Shown here in pieces: positions 27,572-36,982 of a DNA stretch of 64,000 nucleotides. Source of the DNA: an uncultured Pelagibacteraceae bacterium (GTDB lineage: Bacteria; Pseudomonadota; Alphaproteobacteria; Pelagibacterales; Pelagibacteraceae). Under the pieces are notes generated by a model. It was not told where the DNA came from, did no database searches, and was given only the letters and a program-made list of their open reading frames with translations. The position numbers were made by a program, and so were the translations under genes. How positions within the stretch are numbered: the stretch's first letter is position 1; each line of letters begins with the position of its first letter. The stretch spans positions 31,225 through 95,224 of the forward strand of contig CACOVP010000001.1 of NCBI GenBank assembly GCA_902630665.1, written 5' to 3'.

Positions 27572-28597
27572 ATGAAAAATATTGATTATACAAAAAAACC
27601 AAGTTTTTTGAGAAAGATCTTTATTAAAATTTGTAGAAAATTAGGATATGAAATTATTGATCAGAATAACTTTGTCATAGTAACAAGAAATAAAAATGAT
27701 GTCTCAGGACTAAGTGAATTAGGAAAAAACTCAATCAACCTTCCCTTGGGAAAAATAAAAATAACTAGACCTGTAAAGGCTTTAGATATTATTATTCGAA
27801 CTTGTACTAATGTAAATATGTTAACTCAAAATAAAATAAGGCTTTTCGAAAAAGAAAAAATTGAATACACTTTAAGAACTATAAAATCTTTAATCAATTC
27901 TAGTACATTAAATTCACAACTAAGAAAAATAAATATTAATTATAAAGTTATTGATCACAATTCTTCAAAAGAAAATTTAGAAAAAATTGACTCTATTTTT
28001 AAAAATTTTAATCAAGACTATAAGTTAATAAATCTAGATGTTTCCAAATTTGAGAAAGATATTGAAAAAATAAATGAAAGAGGTGAAAAAGTATCCTCTA
28101 ATCAAATGTCCAATATGGCAAACATTAATCAGTCGTTGATAGAGGCAGGAAAAGCTGATGATTTAATATATTTTGTGGAGGATGATTATTTACATCAAAA
28201 AAATTCAATTAGTGAAATGATTTTTACTTACGAGAGGATAGCCTCTCAATTAAATAAAGAAATTGTAATTTGTCCTACTGACTATCCTTATTTATACACA
28301 AAAGCTGATTTAACTCAAAACTTCTTGGGAGAAAATTCACATTGGAGAAAAGTTGATGAAACTTTATGTACATTTTTGACAAGTAGAAAAATTATTGAGA
28401 AACATTGGGATAGATATTTAAGTATGTGCAAAAAGGAACATGCTCCATTTGAAAAACCGTTACACGAAATTTATAAAGAAGAAATATGTATTTCTCCAAT
28501 TCCATCTTTGGCAATTCATTTTACTAATATAAATTCAATATTCGGTTTGTCTCCTAACGTTGATTGGAGGCAGATTTGGAGCGAAAATAACTTATAA
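27572..28597 (+). CDS. GT-A fold glycosyltransferase-like protein
   Basis: VIDHNS and IYFVEDDYLH (DxD-type) motifs. Confidence 0.7.
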   Translation: MKNIDYTKKPSFLRKIFIKICRKLGYEIIDQNNFVIVTRNKNDVSGLSELGKNSINLPLGKIKITRPVKALDIIIRTCTNVNMLTQNKIRLFEKEKIEYTLRTIKSLINSSTLNSQLRKININYKVIDHNSSKENLEKIDSIFKNFNQDYKLINLDVSKFEKDIEKINERGEKVSSNQMSNMANINQSLIEAGKADDLIYFVEDDYLHQKNSISEMIFTYERIASQLNKEIVICPTDYPYLYTKADLTQNFLGENSHWRKVDETLCTFLTSRKIIEKHWDRYLSMCKKEHAPFEKPLHEIYKEEICISPIPSLAIHFTNINSIFGLSPNVDWRQIWSENNL

Positions 28598-28626
28598 AAA
28601 AAAGGCCCGAACATTCGGGCCTTTTT
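28596..28626. terminator. Bidirectional intrinsic terminator
   Basis: A-run, GGCCCGAA-ca-TTCGGGCC hairpin, T-run, between convergent genes. Confidence 0.85.
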
Positions 28627-28657
28627 CAATAACTTATAAACGAGGGGGAATAAGTTA

Positions 28658-29947
28658 TTAGTCTCTTATTGCGTAAGCTTGTACACCAATTTCAGCTTTA
28701 TCAGTTCCTAGCCTTTCAGCTTCCTTACTTACTCTTAAACCTATCGTAGCTTTAAGAGCTACGAATACTGCATAAGAGAGTACAAAACTAAAAAGCACTA
28801 CCGATAAAGTTCCGATAAATTGAGTGCCAAAAGAAGTTTCACTATTAGTTGCTGGAACTATTAAAGTACCAAAAATACCAGCAAACATGTGAACTGGGAT
28901 AGCACCTACAACATCATCTAAACCGAAGCCTTCTAACATTTTTGTTCCAAAATACATGATAATAGCGCCTATCGCCCCGATAAATATCGCAGCTAATGGA
29001 CTTGGTGTGAGTGGTTCAGCAGTAATTGCTACTAAACCTGCTAACGCACCGTTTAACATCATAATTACGTCTGTTTTTCCACCAATTAAACGACTTACTG
29101 CGGCTCCAGCGAATGTGCCTGCTGCTCCAGCTAAATGAGTATTTACAGCTATTTTACTTATAGCTGTTACGTCATCAAATGTTCCCATTGCAAGTTGACT
29201 CATTCCGTTAAATCCGAACCAGCCAAACCAAAGTAGGAAAGTACCTAAAGTAGTAAGTGGAATACTTGATGCTGCGAAAGGAACCATAACTCTTTTAGAT
29301 CCAGATCCAGTAAATCTACCGTTTCTAGCACCCAAAACTATTACACCCGCGAGTGCTGCTGCACCTCCACAAGCGTGAACTAAAGTCGATCCAGCAAAAT
29401 CAGAAAATCCAGCAGAAGCTAACCAGCCTCCACCCCATTGCCATCCCATTGATATCGGATAAATGAAGCCCGACATGATTATAGCAAACACAAAGAACGG
29501 CCAAATCTTAATTCTTTCTGCTACAGCTCCAGAAACAATTGAGACTGTGGCACAAACAAACATCGTTTGAAAGAACCAATCAGAACTATCTGAATAACCA
29601 GTGCTAATTTTAGAACCCTCGCTCCACATTGAAAATGAGCCTATATAACCACCTTCTGGTATGCCATAAGCCATTTGATAACCAAATAAGAAAAAAATGA
29701 TCGAACACAGAGCAAATTTTCCTATGTTTTTTGCGGCAATTGTTGAAACACTTTTATTTGTAACTAATCCACTTTCCAACATACAAAAACCTGCAGCCAT
29801 AAAAGCTACCAAAACTCCGCCAATGTAAAAAGCAAGTGAATTGAAAATATACTGACCTTCTTCAGAGACAGCTGCCTCTGCAAAAGTTGGTGCTGACACA
29901 CTGCACAATGCAAATATAACAACTACCAAATTAAATAATTTTTTCAT
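28658..29947 (-). CDS. amtB: Ammonium transporter
   Basis: FMAAGFCMLESG, SGAVAER, DFAGSTLVH, LLWFGWFGFN, NGALAGLVAIT, DDVVGAIPVH. Confidence 0.95.
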   Translation of the reverse strand: MKKLFNLVVVIFALCSVSAPTFAEAAVSEEGQYIFNSLAFYIGGVLVAFMAAGFCMLESGLVTNKSVSTIAAKNIGKFALCSIIFFLFGYQMAYGIPEGGYIGSFSMWSEGSKISTGYSDSSDWFFQTMFVCATVSIVSGAVAERIKIWPFFVFAIIMSGFIYPISMGWQWGGGWLASAGFSDFAGSTLVHACGGAAALAGVIVLGARNGRFTGSGSKRVMVPFAASSIPLTTLGTFLLWFGWFGFNGMSQLAMGTFDDVTAISKIAVNTHLAGAAGTFAGAAVSRLIGGKTDVIMMLNGALAGLVAITAEPLTPSPLAAIFIGAIGAIIMYFGTKMLEGFGLDDVVGAIPVHMFAGIFGTLIVPATNSETSFGTQFIGTLSVVLFSFVLSYAVFVALKATIGLRVSKEAERLGTDKAEIGVQAYAIRD

Positions 29948-30036
29948 AAAACTCCTTTGTTAAGAGCCTTATAATTTTTTTAAAATTTGTTTGTATTGAA
30001 AAGACCTATTTTTAGCTATGCAGTTTTTGCAAGTAG

Positions 30037-30072
30037 TTAGCCCTTATTTGAGTAAAATCAAATAAGGGCTAA
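30037..30072 (-). terminator. 15-bp stem-loop downstream of the HU gene
   Basis: TTAGCCCTTATTTGA-gtaaaa-TCAAATAAGGGCTAA; weak U-tail. Confidence 0.6.
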
Positions 30073-30081
30073 ATAAAACGT

Positions 30082-30357
30082 TTATCGGTTAAACATTTCT
30101 TTTAAGCTTTTAGCAGGTAAAAATTTTACCTTTTGTGATGCAGCTATTTGTATTGACTCACCTGTTCTTGGGTTTCTTCCAACTCTAGCTTTTCTCTTAG
30201 CTACTTTGTAAGTACCGAAGCCTGCGATCTTCACAGTATCATCATTTTTCAAAGCATCTAAAATGATGGTTGTAATTGAGTCAAAGGTTCTTTCAGCATC
30301 AGCTTTGCTTTGACCCAGTGTGGACGATATTTTAGCTACTAATTGTTTTTTATTCAT
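30082..30357 (-). CDS. hup: DNA-binding protein HU
   Basis: Start MNKKQLV; GFGTY, RKARVGRNPRTGE, VKFLPAK.LK. Confidence 0.93.
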   Translation of the reverse strand: MNKKQLVAKISSTLGQSKADAERTFDSITTIILDALKNDDTVKIAGFGTYKVAKRKARVGRNPRTGESIQIAASQKVKFLPAKSLKEMFNR

Positions 30358-30433
30358 TTTAGCCCCTTTTTTTTCTAATCTGAACAAAAAACCAATAAAA
30401 TCAATAATAATTTGGTGTTTCACGTAAATATCA

Positions 30434-30449
30434 ACACTATATCTTGTAG
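30434..30449. promoter_or_regulatory. NrdR-box-like motif upstream of hup
   Basis: ACACTATATCTTGTAG compared with the consensus acaCwAtATaTwGtgt. Confidence 0.35.
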
Positions 30450-30496
30450 GCTTAAAAACTATTGATTTTACTAACTTTTTTAATGAAAAAAATGGC

Positions 30497-31615
30497 TTAA
30501 AATAAGCCTAAATCTTTTAGATCGTTAAATGTTGTAAAAAACATTAGAGAAAGTAGCAAAAAAAGACCGATTCGAAAGAATCCCTCCTGGGTTTTTTGCG
30601 TCAAAGGTCTGCCTAATATCTTCTCAAAAGCGTAAAACATTAAATGGCCCCCATCTAACATTGGAATTGGCAGTAAATTAATAAATCCTAAGCTTATGGA
30701 GATGTAGGCCATAATACTTAAAAAAGCTATGAAGCCTAGTTTAGCAACTTGTCCAGTGATTTTAGCTATTTTAATAGGTCCGCCAAGTTGAGTAGTGTCT
30801 CCGGTCCCTTTAAACATTGAAATAATAAAGTTCCAAGAGGCGTCTATCACAAACCAAGTTTCTTTAATGGCATAAAATAATGCAGTCGCTGGGCCTAATC
30901 TCTCTCTTTTTATCTCGTCGTTTAAAGGAGCTATTTTTATCCCTATTATCTTTTTATTTGCTTTGTTTCCTAAAGAATCCTCACCTTTAACAACTTTAGG
31001 TTTTACAGAAAATGTCATTTCACTATCATTTCTTAAAATACCAATATCTATTGTTTCTGAAGGAGATGAATTTATGAAAGCTGAAACTTCCATAATGCTT
31101 TTAACATCTTTACCATTTATAGATTTAATAATATCTCCTGACCTGATTCCTACATCTTCTGCAGGACTTTCTATTTGAACTTCTTGTATTTGAGCAGGAG
31201 TAAAATCTTTTCCAGCAAACATATAAATGAATGCAAATATGAGTATGGCTAATAGAAAATTTGCAAAAGGCCCGGCCGCCACAATTATAGATCTTTGATA
31301 TAAAGGTTTAACTACAAATAATTTTTCTTGGTCTTCTTTGTTGTATTTTTTTATTAGTTCTTCTTGCTCTGCTTGACTGAAAACATTTCTGTCACCAAAA
31401 AATTTTACGTAACCGCCAAGAGGGATTGCGCAGAACTTCCATCTCGTTCCATATTTATCATTAAATCCAAAAATTTCTTTACCAAATCCTATTGAAAAAT
31501 CTGTAACCCCAACGCCATATTTTCTGGCGTAATAATAATGGCCATATTCGTGAATAAATACTACAACCGTAAGTAGTACTATAAAGGGTATTATAAAAGA
31601 GATTAAAATTTCCAT
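30497..31615 (-). CDS. rseP: RIP metalloprotease RseP
   Basis: HEYGH, FSIGFG, PLGGYV, AGPFAN, PDZ region, NLLPIPMLDGG. Confidence 0.95.
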   Translation of the reverse strand: MEILISFIIPFIVLLTVVVFIHEYGHYYYARKYGVGVTDFSIGFGKEIFGFNDKYGTRWKFCAIPLGGYVKFFGDRNVFSQAEQEELIKKYNKEDQEKLFVVKPLYQRSIIVAAGPFANFLLAILIFAFIYMFAGKDFTPAQIQEVQIESPAEDVGIRSGDIIKSINGKDVKSIMEVSAFINSSPSETIDIGILRNDSEMTFSVKPKVVKGEDSLGNKANKKIIGIKIAPLNDEIKRERLGPATALFYAIKETWFVIDASWNFIISMFKGTGDTTQLGGPIKIAKITGQVAKLGFIAFLSIMAYISISLGFINLLPIPMLDGGHLMFYAFEKILGRPLTQKTQEGFFRIGLFLLLSLMFFTTFNDLKDLGLF

Positions 31616-32493
31616 TCGTTTACTTTACTAAATAAAAAATTTCTAAAAGCTACTAACCTTGCATTTTTTTTTAGTGATGCTGGATACACAAAATGAGTTT
31701 CTGTTGGCTTGCCGGGATCGTTTGGTAAAACTTTTGTAATTCCAGTTATATTGTAAGTGATATAATCTGGTAAAGCGGCTAAACCTACGCCGCTTTGAAC
31801 TGCAAGCAGTAACCCATACACACTGTTTACTTTCATTAAAGATTTTCTTTTTTTTCCGTCTTTCGCTCCAATTTTTAATACCCAGTCAGGATTATAAACA
31901 GGTGATGGTGCGCCTTTACCATAAGTAATGAACTTATGCTTATCTAAATCTTTTAATGTTTTTGGATAACCATTTTTTTCCAAATATTCATTAGAACCAT
32001 AAATATGGTAATTAAAATCAACGAATTTTTTTTGAATTAAATTTAATTGTTTAGGTCTTCTCATTCTGATTGCTACGTCAGCTTCACGGGTTGCTAGATC
32101 AAGTTCTCTATCATCAAATATCAATTCTATTTCAATACCAGGATTGAGGTCCATAAATTCTTTTATTCTTGGGGTTAACCAAGTGGTTCCAAAACTCACA
32201 ACAGTGGTAACAATTAATTTTCCGTTTAATTTATCTTTTTGACCACTAAGATTTGACTCCACATCTTTCAATTTTGAGATAATTTCATGAGCTGATTTAA
32301 AAAGGTACTCTCCATTTTCTGTTAAAACCAGTCCTCTAGCGTGACGCTCAAATAATTGAACTTTTAGATCATTCTCTAAACCCTGTATTTGGCGACTTAT
32401 TGCTGATTGGCTTAAATTTAGGATGGTGGAAGCTTTTGTAAAACTCGAGGCCTCAGCTACAGTATGAAAGATTTTCAATTTATCCCAATCCAT
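31603..32493 (-). CDS. LysR-family transcriptional regulator
   Basis: MDWDKLKIFH..AEA.SFT.A...LNLSQSAISRQI HTH. Confidence 0.93.
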   Translation of the reverse strand: MDWDKLKIFHTVAEASSFTKASTILNLSQSAISRQIQGLENDLKVQLFERHARGLVLTENGEYLFKSAHEIISKLKDVESNLSGQKDKLNGKLIVTTVVSFGTTWLTPRIKEFMDLNPGIEIELIFDDRELDLATREADVAIRMRRPKQLNLIQKKFVDFNYHIYGSNEYLEKNGYPKTLKDLDKHKFITYGKGAPSPVYNPDWVLKIGAKDGKKRKSLMKVNSVYGLLLAVQSGVGLAALPDYITYNITGITKVLPNDPGKPTETHFVYPASLKKNARLVAFRNFLFSKVNEWKF

Positions 32494-32512
32494 ATCGATA
32501 TCTGATTATAGT

Positions 32513-33514
32513 TTATTTATTTGGATTTACTATAGCTCTTCCAAAGAACTCTCCCTTTAGCAATTTTGGAAAGGTATCTAGAAGTTCAGTAAACGATAGC
32601 TCTTTTGTAAATGATTGGACTTTAGCAAAATCAATTAATTTTGCAGCTTCACCCCAAATAAATACTCTTCTTTTTATAGAAGATCCTGACGAATCAATCC
32701 CCCACAATTTTACTCCTCTGATTATGAAGGGCATAACAGTAGTATTTATTTTTATTCCTCCTGCATTACCGCATGCAGCTACTATTCCACCTGGTTTAGT
32801 TTGTGCGAAAATTTTTGTTAATGCTGCGCCACCAACAGTATCAACAACGCCATCCCAAACGCCTTTTTCCAGTAGTTTACTTTCACCTTCAAATTCTTTT
32901 CTATCAATTATATTTTTTGCACCCAAATTTTTTAAATATTCATTTTTATCTTTTTTACCAGTCACTGCATGAACATCGTATCCCATTTTGGATAAAATCA
33001 TTACAGCAATGCTTCCTACTCCTCCTGTTGCGCCTGTAACTAAAACATCTTTTACTTTTTCACCTAATAATAACTCCTCTTTTGCTCTTACTGCAGCAGC
33101 ACATAACAAAGCTGTAAATCCTGCTGTGCCTAACATCATAGATTTATGAGAATCTAAATCTTTTGGCATTTTAATTAAAAAATTAGCGTCAACTTTAGCG
33201 TATTGAGCAAAACCACCAAAGAAAGCTTCTCCTACCCTAAATCCAGTTAAAATTACTTTATCATCTTTTTTAAATTTATTATCTTCACTTTCAACTACAG
33301 TACCTGAAAAATCAATACCTGGTACAAAAGGGAATTTTCTTACGATCTTACCACCATTATTTAAAATTAAAGCATCTTTATAATTAAGACTTGAAAAATC
33401 TATTTTAACTAAAACGTTTCCATCTTTTAGATGGCTTGTATCGATTTCTTTAATTTCTCTTGTAAATTTTTCGTTTTGATTATCTATTACTACAGCTTTA
33501 AATTTTTGAGACAT
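32513..33514 (-). CDS. acuI: Acryloyl-CoA reductase AcuI/YhdH (MDR family)
   Basis: SSLNYKDAL, PGIDFSG, GTAGFTA, VTGATGGVGS, VDTVGG, TVMPFIIRGVKL.GIDS. Confidence 0.85.
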   Translation of the reverse strand: MSQKFKAVVIDNQNEKFTREIKEIDTSHLKDGNVLVKIDFSSLNYKDALILNNGGKIVRKFPFVPGIDFSGTVVESEDNKFKKDDKVILTGFRVGEAFFGGFAQYAKVDANFLIKMPKDLDSHKSMMLGTAGFTALLCAAAVRAKEELLLGEKVKDVLVTGATGGVGSIAVMILSKMGYDVHAVTGKKDKNEYLKNLGAKNIIDRKEFEGESKLLEKGVWDGVVDTVGGAALTKIFAQTKPGGIVAACGNAGGIKINTTVMPFIIRGVKLWGIDSSGSSIKRRVFIWGEAAKLIDFAKVQSFTKELSFTELLDTFPKLLKGEFFGRAIVNPNK

Positions 33515-34123
33515 TTATTTTTTAATATATCTTAAATATCTATTTTGAATGCTTAAGTCTTCTCTGAAAGATCCTAAAAAATAGTTAGTGACTGTTGTCG
33601 CTTTTTCTTTTTTAACACCTCTCATGGTCATGCATTGATGAGCAGCGTCAATCGTTACTGCAACACCTTTAGCATCTAGAGATTGCATTAGCGTTTTAGC
33701 TATTTGCATTGTAAGTCTCTCTTGGGTTTGAAGTCTTTTGGAAAATATCTCAACTGTTCTGGCTAGTTTACTAAGGCCTACCACTTTTTTATTTGGAATA
33801 TAAGCAACATGAGCTACACCGATTATTGGGGCCATATGATGCTCACAATGACTTTCAAGTGTGATGTTCTTTTCTACTACCATATCGTCGTAACCCTCTA
33901 CATCGCCGAAAGTTTTAGATAAATCTGCGTGAGCGTCTTGATGGTAGCCTTTGAAGTATTCTTTAAAAGCTTTTATTACTCTTTTTGGGGTCTCAACAAG
34001 ACCTTCTCGATTTGGATCTTCCCCGATCCATTTTAAAATTGTCCTGAAAGCATCCTCAGCTTGTTTGTCGGAAACTTCTGGCTTTTTTGGTGAATTTTTA
34101 TCAATGTCTTTTACTAATTTCAT
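33515..34123 (-). CDS. folE: GTP cyclohydrolase I
   Basis: [30 protein letters not shown]. Confidence 0.96.
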   Translation of the reverse strand: MKLVKDIDKNSPKKPEVSDKQAEDAFRTILKWIGEDPNREGLVETPKRVIKAFKEYFKGYHQDAHADLSKTFGDVEGYDDMVVEKNITLESHCEHHMAPIIGVAHVAYIPNKKVVGLSKLARTVEIFSKRLQTQERLTMQIAKTLMQSLDAKGVAVTIDAAHQCMTMRGVKKEKATTVTNYFLGSFREDLSIQNRYLRYIKK

Positions 34124-34197
34124 TGTCCATAGGTTTTATAGGACATATTATATTAATGCAAATTGCTATTTTGTCTTTTTTTCATTAATTTACGCTC

Positions 34198-34665
34198 ATG
34201 TTTAAAAAGAGAGAAAACGTATTTGAAGTAGAAGAGGGTAAATTTCTATCTCCAAAATTTGATAATGAAGGGCTTATTCCAGTAACTACCACAGATAGTG
34301 GAACAGGTGATTTACTAATGCATGGCTATATGAATGAGGAAGCCCTAAAAAAAACTATAGAAACTAAGGAAGCTCATTATTGGAGCAGATCAAGAAAAGA
34401 AATATGGCATAAAGGAAAAACAAGTGGTTTTGTTCAAAAAGTTATTGAGCTTAGAATCGACGATGATCAAGATTCATTATGGATGTCTGTTGATATCGGA
34501 AACGGAGCTAGCTGCCATGTTGGTTACAGATCTTGTTTTTATAGGTCAATAACATTAGGAAATATTAAAAACCCAGAAGAAATTGAATTAAATTTTAAAG
34601 AAAAAGAAAAAAAATTTGACCCCAAAAAAGTTTATAAAGGACAATCAAATCCAACTAAATTATAA
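34198..34665 (+). CDS. hisI: Phosphoribosyl-AMP cyclohydrolase
   Basis: YWSRSR..W.KG.TSG, DDDQD, SCHVGYRSCF. Confidence 0.93.
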   Translation: MFKKRENVFEVEEGKFLSPKFDNEGLIPVTTTDSGTGDLLMHGYMNEEALKKTIETKEAHYWSRSRKEIWHKGKTSGFVQKVIELRIDDDQDSLWMSVDIGNGASCHVGYRSCFYRSITLGNIKNPEEIELNFKEKEKKFDPKKVYKGQSNPTKL

Positions 34666-34667
34666 TT

Positions 34668-35276
34668 ATGAAAATATTAAGTCCTTTTGGGCCAAAAATA
34701 GCTAAACTAAAATTTTCTAATAGATTAATTAAATTAATTAATAATGAAGTTGATCAAATTTTGAAAAAGAAAAAATTAATCAAAAAACTTGATTACTCAA
34801 AAAAATTAGTTGGTCAGGTTAAACAAGAGTTTCAATTACCTAAATCTTTTGTGAAAAAATATTTAGAAAAGAGTATTTCTAATGAAGTAAAAAAATATAT
34901 CAATAAAGCTTTAGGAAAAAAAATAAAAAAAATTTTAATTAAAAATTTTTGGGTAGTAAGACAATTCAATAATGAATATAACCCAGTGCATTATCATGAT
35001 GGACATATTTCAGGAGTAGGCTACTTAAAGATTCCTAAATTTATTTCAAATAATAAAAAAAAAGCAAAAACTGATGGAACAATTGATTTTATAAACGGGA
35101 ATAAAATGTTTTTAAGCGATAGTATTTACAATCATCAACCAAAAGTGGGAGACGTTATACTTTTTCCTAATTATTTGATGCACACAGCTTACCCTTTTAA
35201 GACAAATGGAGAAAGAAGATCTTTTTCATTTAACTTAGAGATCGATAATAATGTAGCAAACGTTTTTTCAAGATGA
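34668..35276 (+). CDS. Putative 2OG-Fe(II) oxygenase
   Basis: W...EYNPVHYH..ISGV.YL, FPNYLMH..YP, ERRSFSFN. Confidence 0.8.
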   Translation: MKILSPFGPKIAKLKFSNRLIKLINNEVDQILKKKKLIKKLDYSKKLVGQVKQEFQLPKSFVKKYLEKSISNEVKKYINKALGKKIKKILIKNFWVVRQFNNEYNPVHYHDGHISGVGYLKIPKFISNNKKKAKTDGTIDFINGNKMFLSDSIYNHQPKVGDVILFPNYLMHTAYPFKTNGERRSFSFNLEIDNNVANVFSR

Positions 35277-35650
35277 ATAATGAAGTTCAAAAAAATGTTT
35301 TCGGTGAGCCTTTAGAACCCTGTTCTAATGACCCATTAACTGGTTGGTTTAGAGATGGATGCTGCAACACTGATAAAAATGATAGAGGTTTTCATACTGT
35401 TTGTGCCAAAGTGACAGATAAATTTTTACTTTGGTCGAAAAAAGTAGGTAATGATTTAATTACACCTCACCCTGAGTTTGGATTTCCAGGTTTAAAAGAT
35501 GGGGATTGTTGGTGTGTATGTGCTACCTGGTATGCTCGAGCAATAGAGGAGGATGTAGCGTGTTCAGTCTTTTTAAAAAAAACTAATATTAAAACTCTAG
35601 AACTTATACCAATTGAAAAGTTAAAAAAGTTTGCTGTAGACTTGTCTTAG
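35273..35650 (+). CDS. DUF2237 family protein
   Basis: NVFGEPLEPC..PLTGWFRDG.C, HTVCA, GNDL.TP, FPGLK.GD.WCVC. Confidence 0.9.
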   Translation: MNNEVQKNVFGEPLEPCSNDPLTGWFRDGCCNTDKNDRGFHTVCAKVTDKFLLWSKKVGNDLITPHPEFGFPGLKDGDCWCVCATWYARAIEEDVACSVFLKKTNIKTLELIPIEKLKKFAVDLS

Positions 35651-36156
35651 TATACTTTAGAACCTTTAGTTTTGATTATTAACTCAAGCTCACCGTACTC
35701 TTTACAGTTACAATTTTTAAGAACTTCTAACCTTTCGTTAGCTTTTTCCATCTGATTTGTTTGAACATAGAGTTCACCAAGGTACTCATTAATTCCGTTA
35801 TGATTTGGCTTAATGCTTAAACCTTCAAGATAAAATTTCTCTGCCCTCTCAAAATTTCCTGTTTTTCTTGTAGTAAAACCCATGTAATTAAGAATGTCTG
35901 GATTTTTTTTGTCAGATTTATAAGCCTTCTCTAATTTTTTAAATGCTTGTGAATAAAGTTTTTTTGCTTTGTCTTGCTTATTCTTTTTTTCCATCCTACT
36001 AGCTCGTTTAATTAAGTTCACTGCTTGTTTGTAATCAGATTCAACAAGATTTTCATTGCTGTCACCACCACTGCTGCTACTGCTGCTATCGCTCCCAGCT
36101 GCATAGAGACTTGTACTTATTAGGATAGATGCTAAAAAAATTATAATTTTATTCAT
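35647..36156 (-). CDS. Exported TPR protein
   Basis: Signal peptide, Ser-rich linker, NYMGF..RK.G, P.H.G..EYLGELY, terminal CxC. Confidence 0.8.
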   Translation of the reverse strand: MNKIIIFLASILISTSLYAAGSDSSSSSSGGDSNENLVESDYKQAVNLIKRASRMEKKNKQDKAKKLYSQAFKKLEKAYKSDKKNPDILNYMGFTTRKTGNFERAEKFYLEGLSIKPNHNGINEYLGELYVQTNQMEKANERLEVLKNCNCKEYGELELIIKTKGSKVY

Positions 36157-36187
36157 AAGTTATATCTATAGATTTGCATAATAATTG

Positions 36188-36898
36188 TTATGCGACAGAT
36201 GATCGTCCTCCATCTACCCCTAATATTTGGCCAGTTATCCAAGAACTTTCATTTTTCAACAAAAACTTTGCAACGGATGCTGAGTCTACTCCTTCTCCTA
36301 TCCTTTTCATGGGATGCATTTTTGCAATTCCTTCAGCTATTTTTTCATTCTTGAGTAAAAAATTAGAAATTTTAGAATTTGTTAAACTTGGTGCAATACA
36401 GTTTACTCTAATGTTTGGCGCAAACTCAGCGGCTAAAGCTAAAGTCAATCCCTCTATTGCTCCTTTAGCAGACGAGACAATCGCATGATTTGGAAAACCC
36501 TTTTTAACGGCTACAGTTGAAAATAAAACGATTGAACCTTTATTCTTTTTCAAATTGTCTGCTAATGATTTAATTATTTCAGTAGCTGATATAAGGTTTA
36601 GATTGAATGACTGCATAAAATCACTTTTTTTTGTAAGCTTTAATGGTTTTAAATCTATTGAACCAACACAAAAAGCTAATCCATTTATCGGCACATCATT
36701 TAAGTCATTAACTATTTTCTCAGAGAAATTTTCTTCCAGCACATCACAAACAGTGAAAGACGAATTTAAGCTTTTCGCTAATTCTGATAAGCTAGATTGG
36801 TCTCTTCCAACCAAATGTACTTGCTCACCGCTTTCTACTAACTGCTTCGCCAAAGAGGATCCGATTGATCCAGTTGCACCTAAAATTACTTTTTTCAT
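36188..36898 (-). CDS. SDR oxidoreductase
   Basis: GATGSIG, RVNCIAP, WITGQILGVDGG; the catalytic Tyr position is replaced (VSSAK). Confidence 0.85.
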   Translation of the reverse strand: MKKVILGATGSIGSSLAKQLVESGEQVHLVGRDQSSLSELAKSLNSSFTVCDVLEENFSEKIVNDLNDVPINGLAFCVGSIDLKPLKLTKKSDFMQSFNLNLISATEIIKSLADNLKKNKGSIVLFSTVAVKKGFPNHAIVSSAKGAIEGLTLALAAEFAPNIRVNCIAPSLTNSKISNFLLKNEKIAEGIAKMHPMKRIGEGVDSASVAKFLLKNESSWITGQILGVDGGRSSVA

Positions 36899-36982
36899 AA
36901 TTAAAAATATCATTATTAAAGGTTATTTACATGCAAATAATGACGCGTGTATTATCTAAATAAAATATGTATTTTGTTACTT

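Noticed and set aside
36061-36095. Trinucleotide-like repeat in the TPR gene
   Set aside because: It encodes an ordinary Ser/Gly linker after the signal peptide.
36174-36959. Plus-strand ORFs opposite the SDR, and the other short antisense ORFs in the track (e.g. 11149, 20327, 32724, 53272, 58287)
   Set aside because: All lie on the opposite strand of well-supported genes and look like codon-bias shadows.
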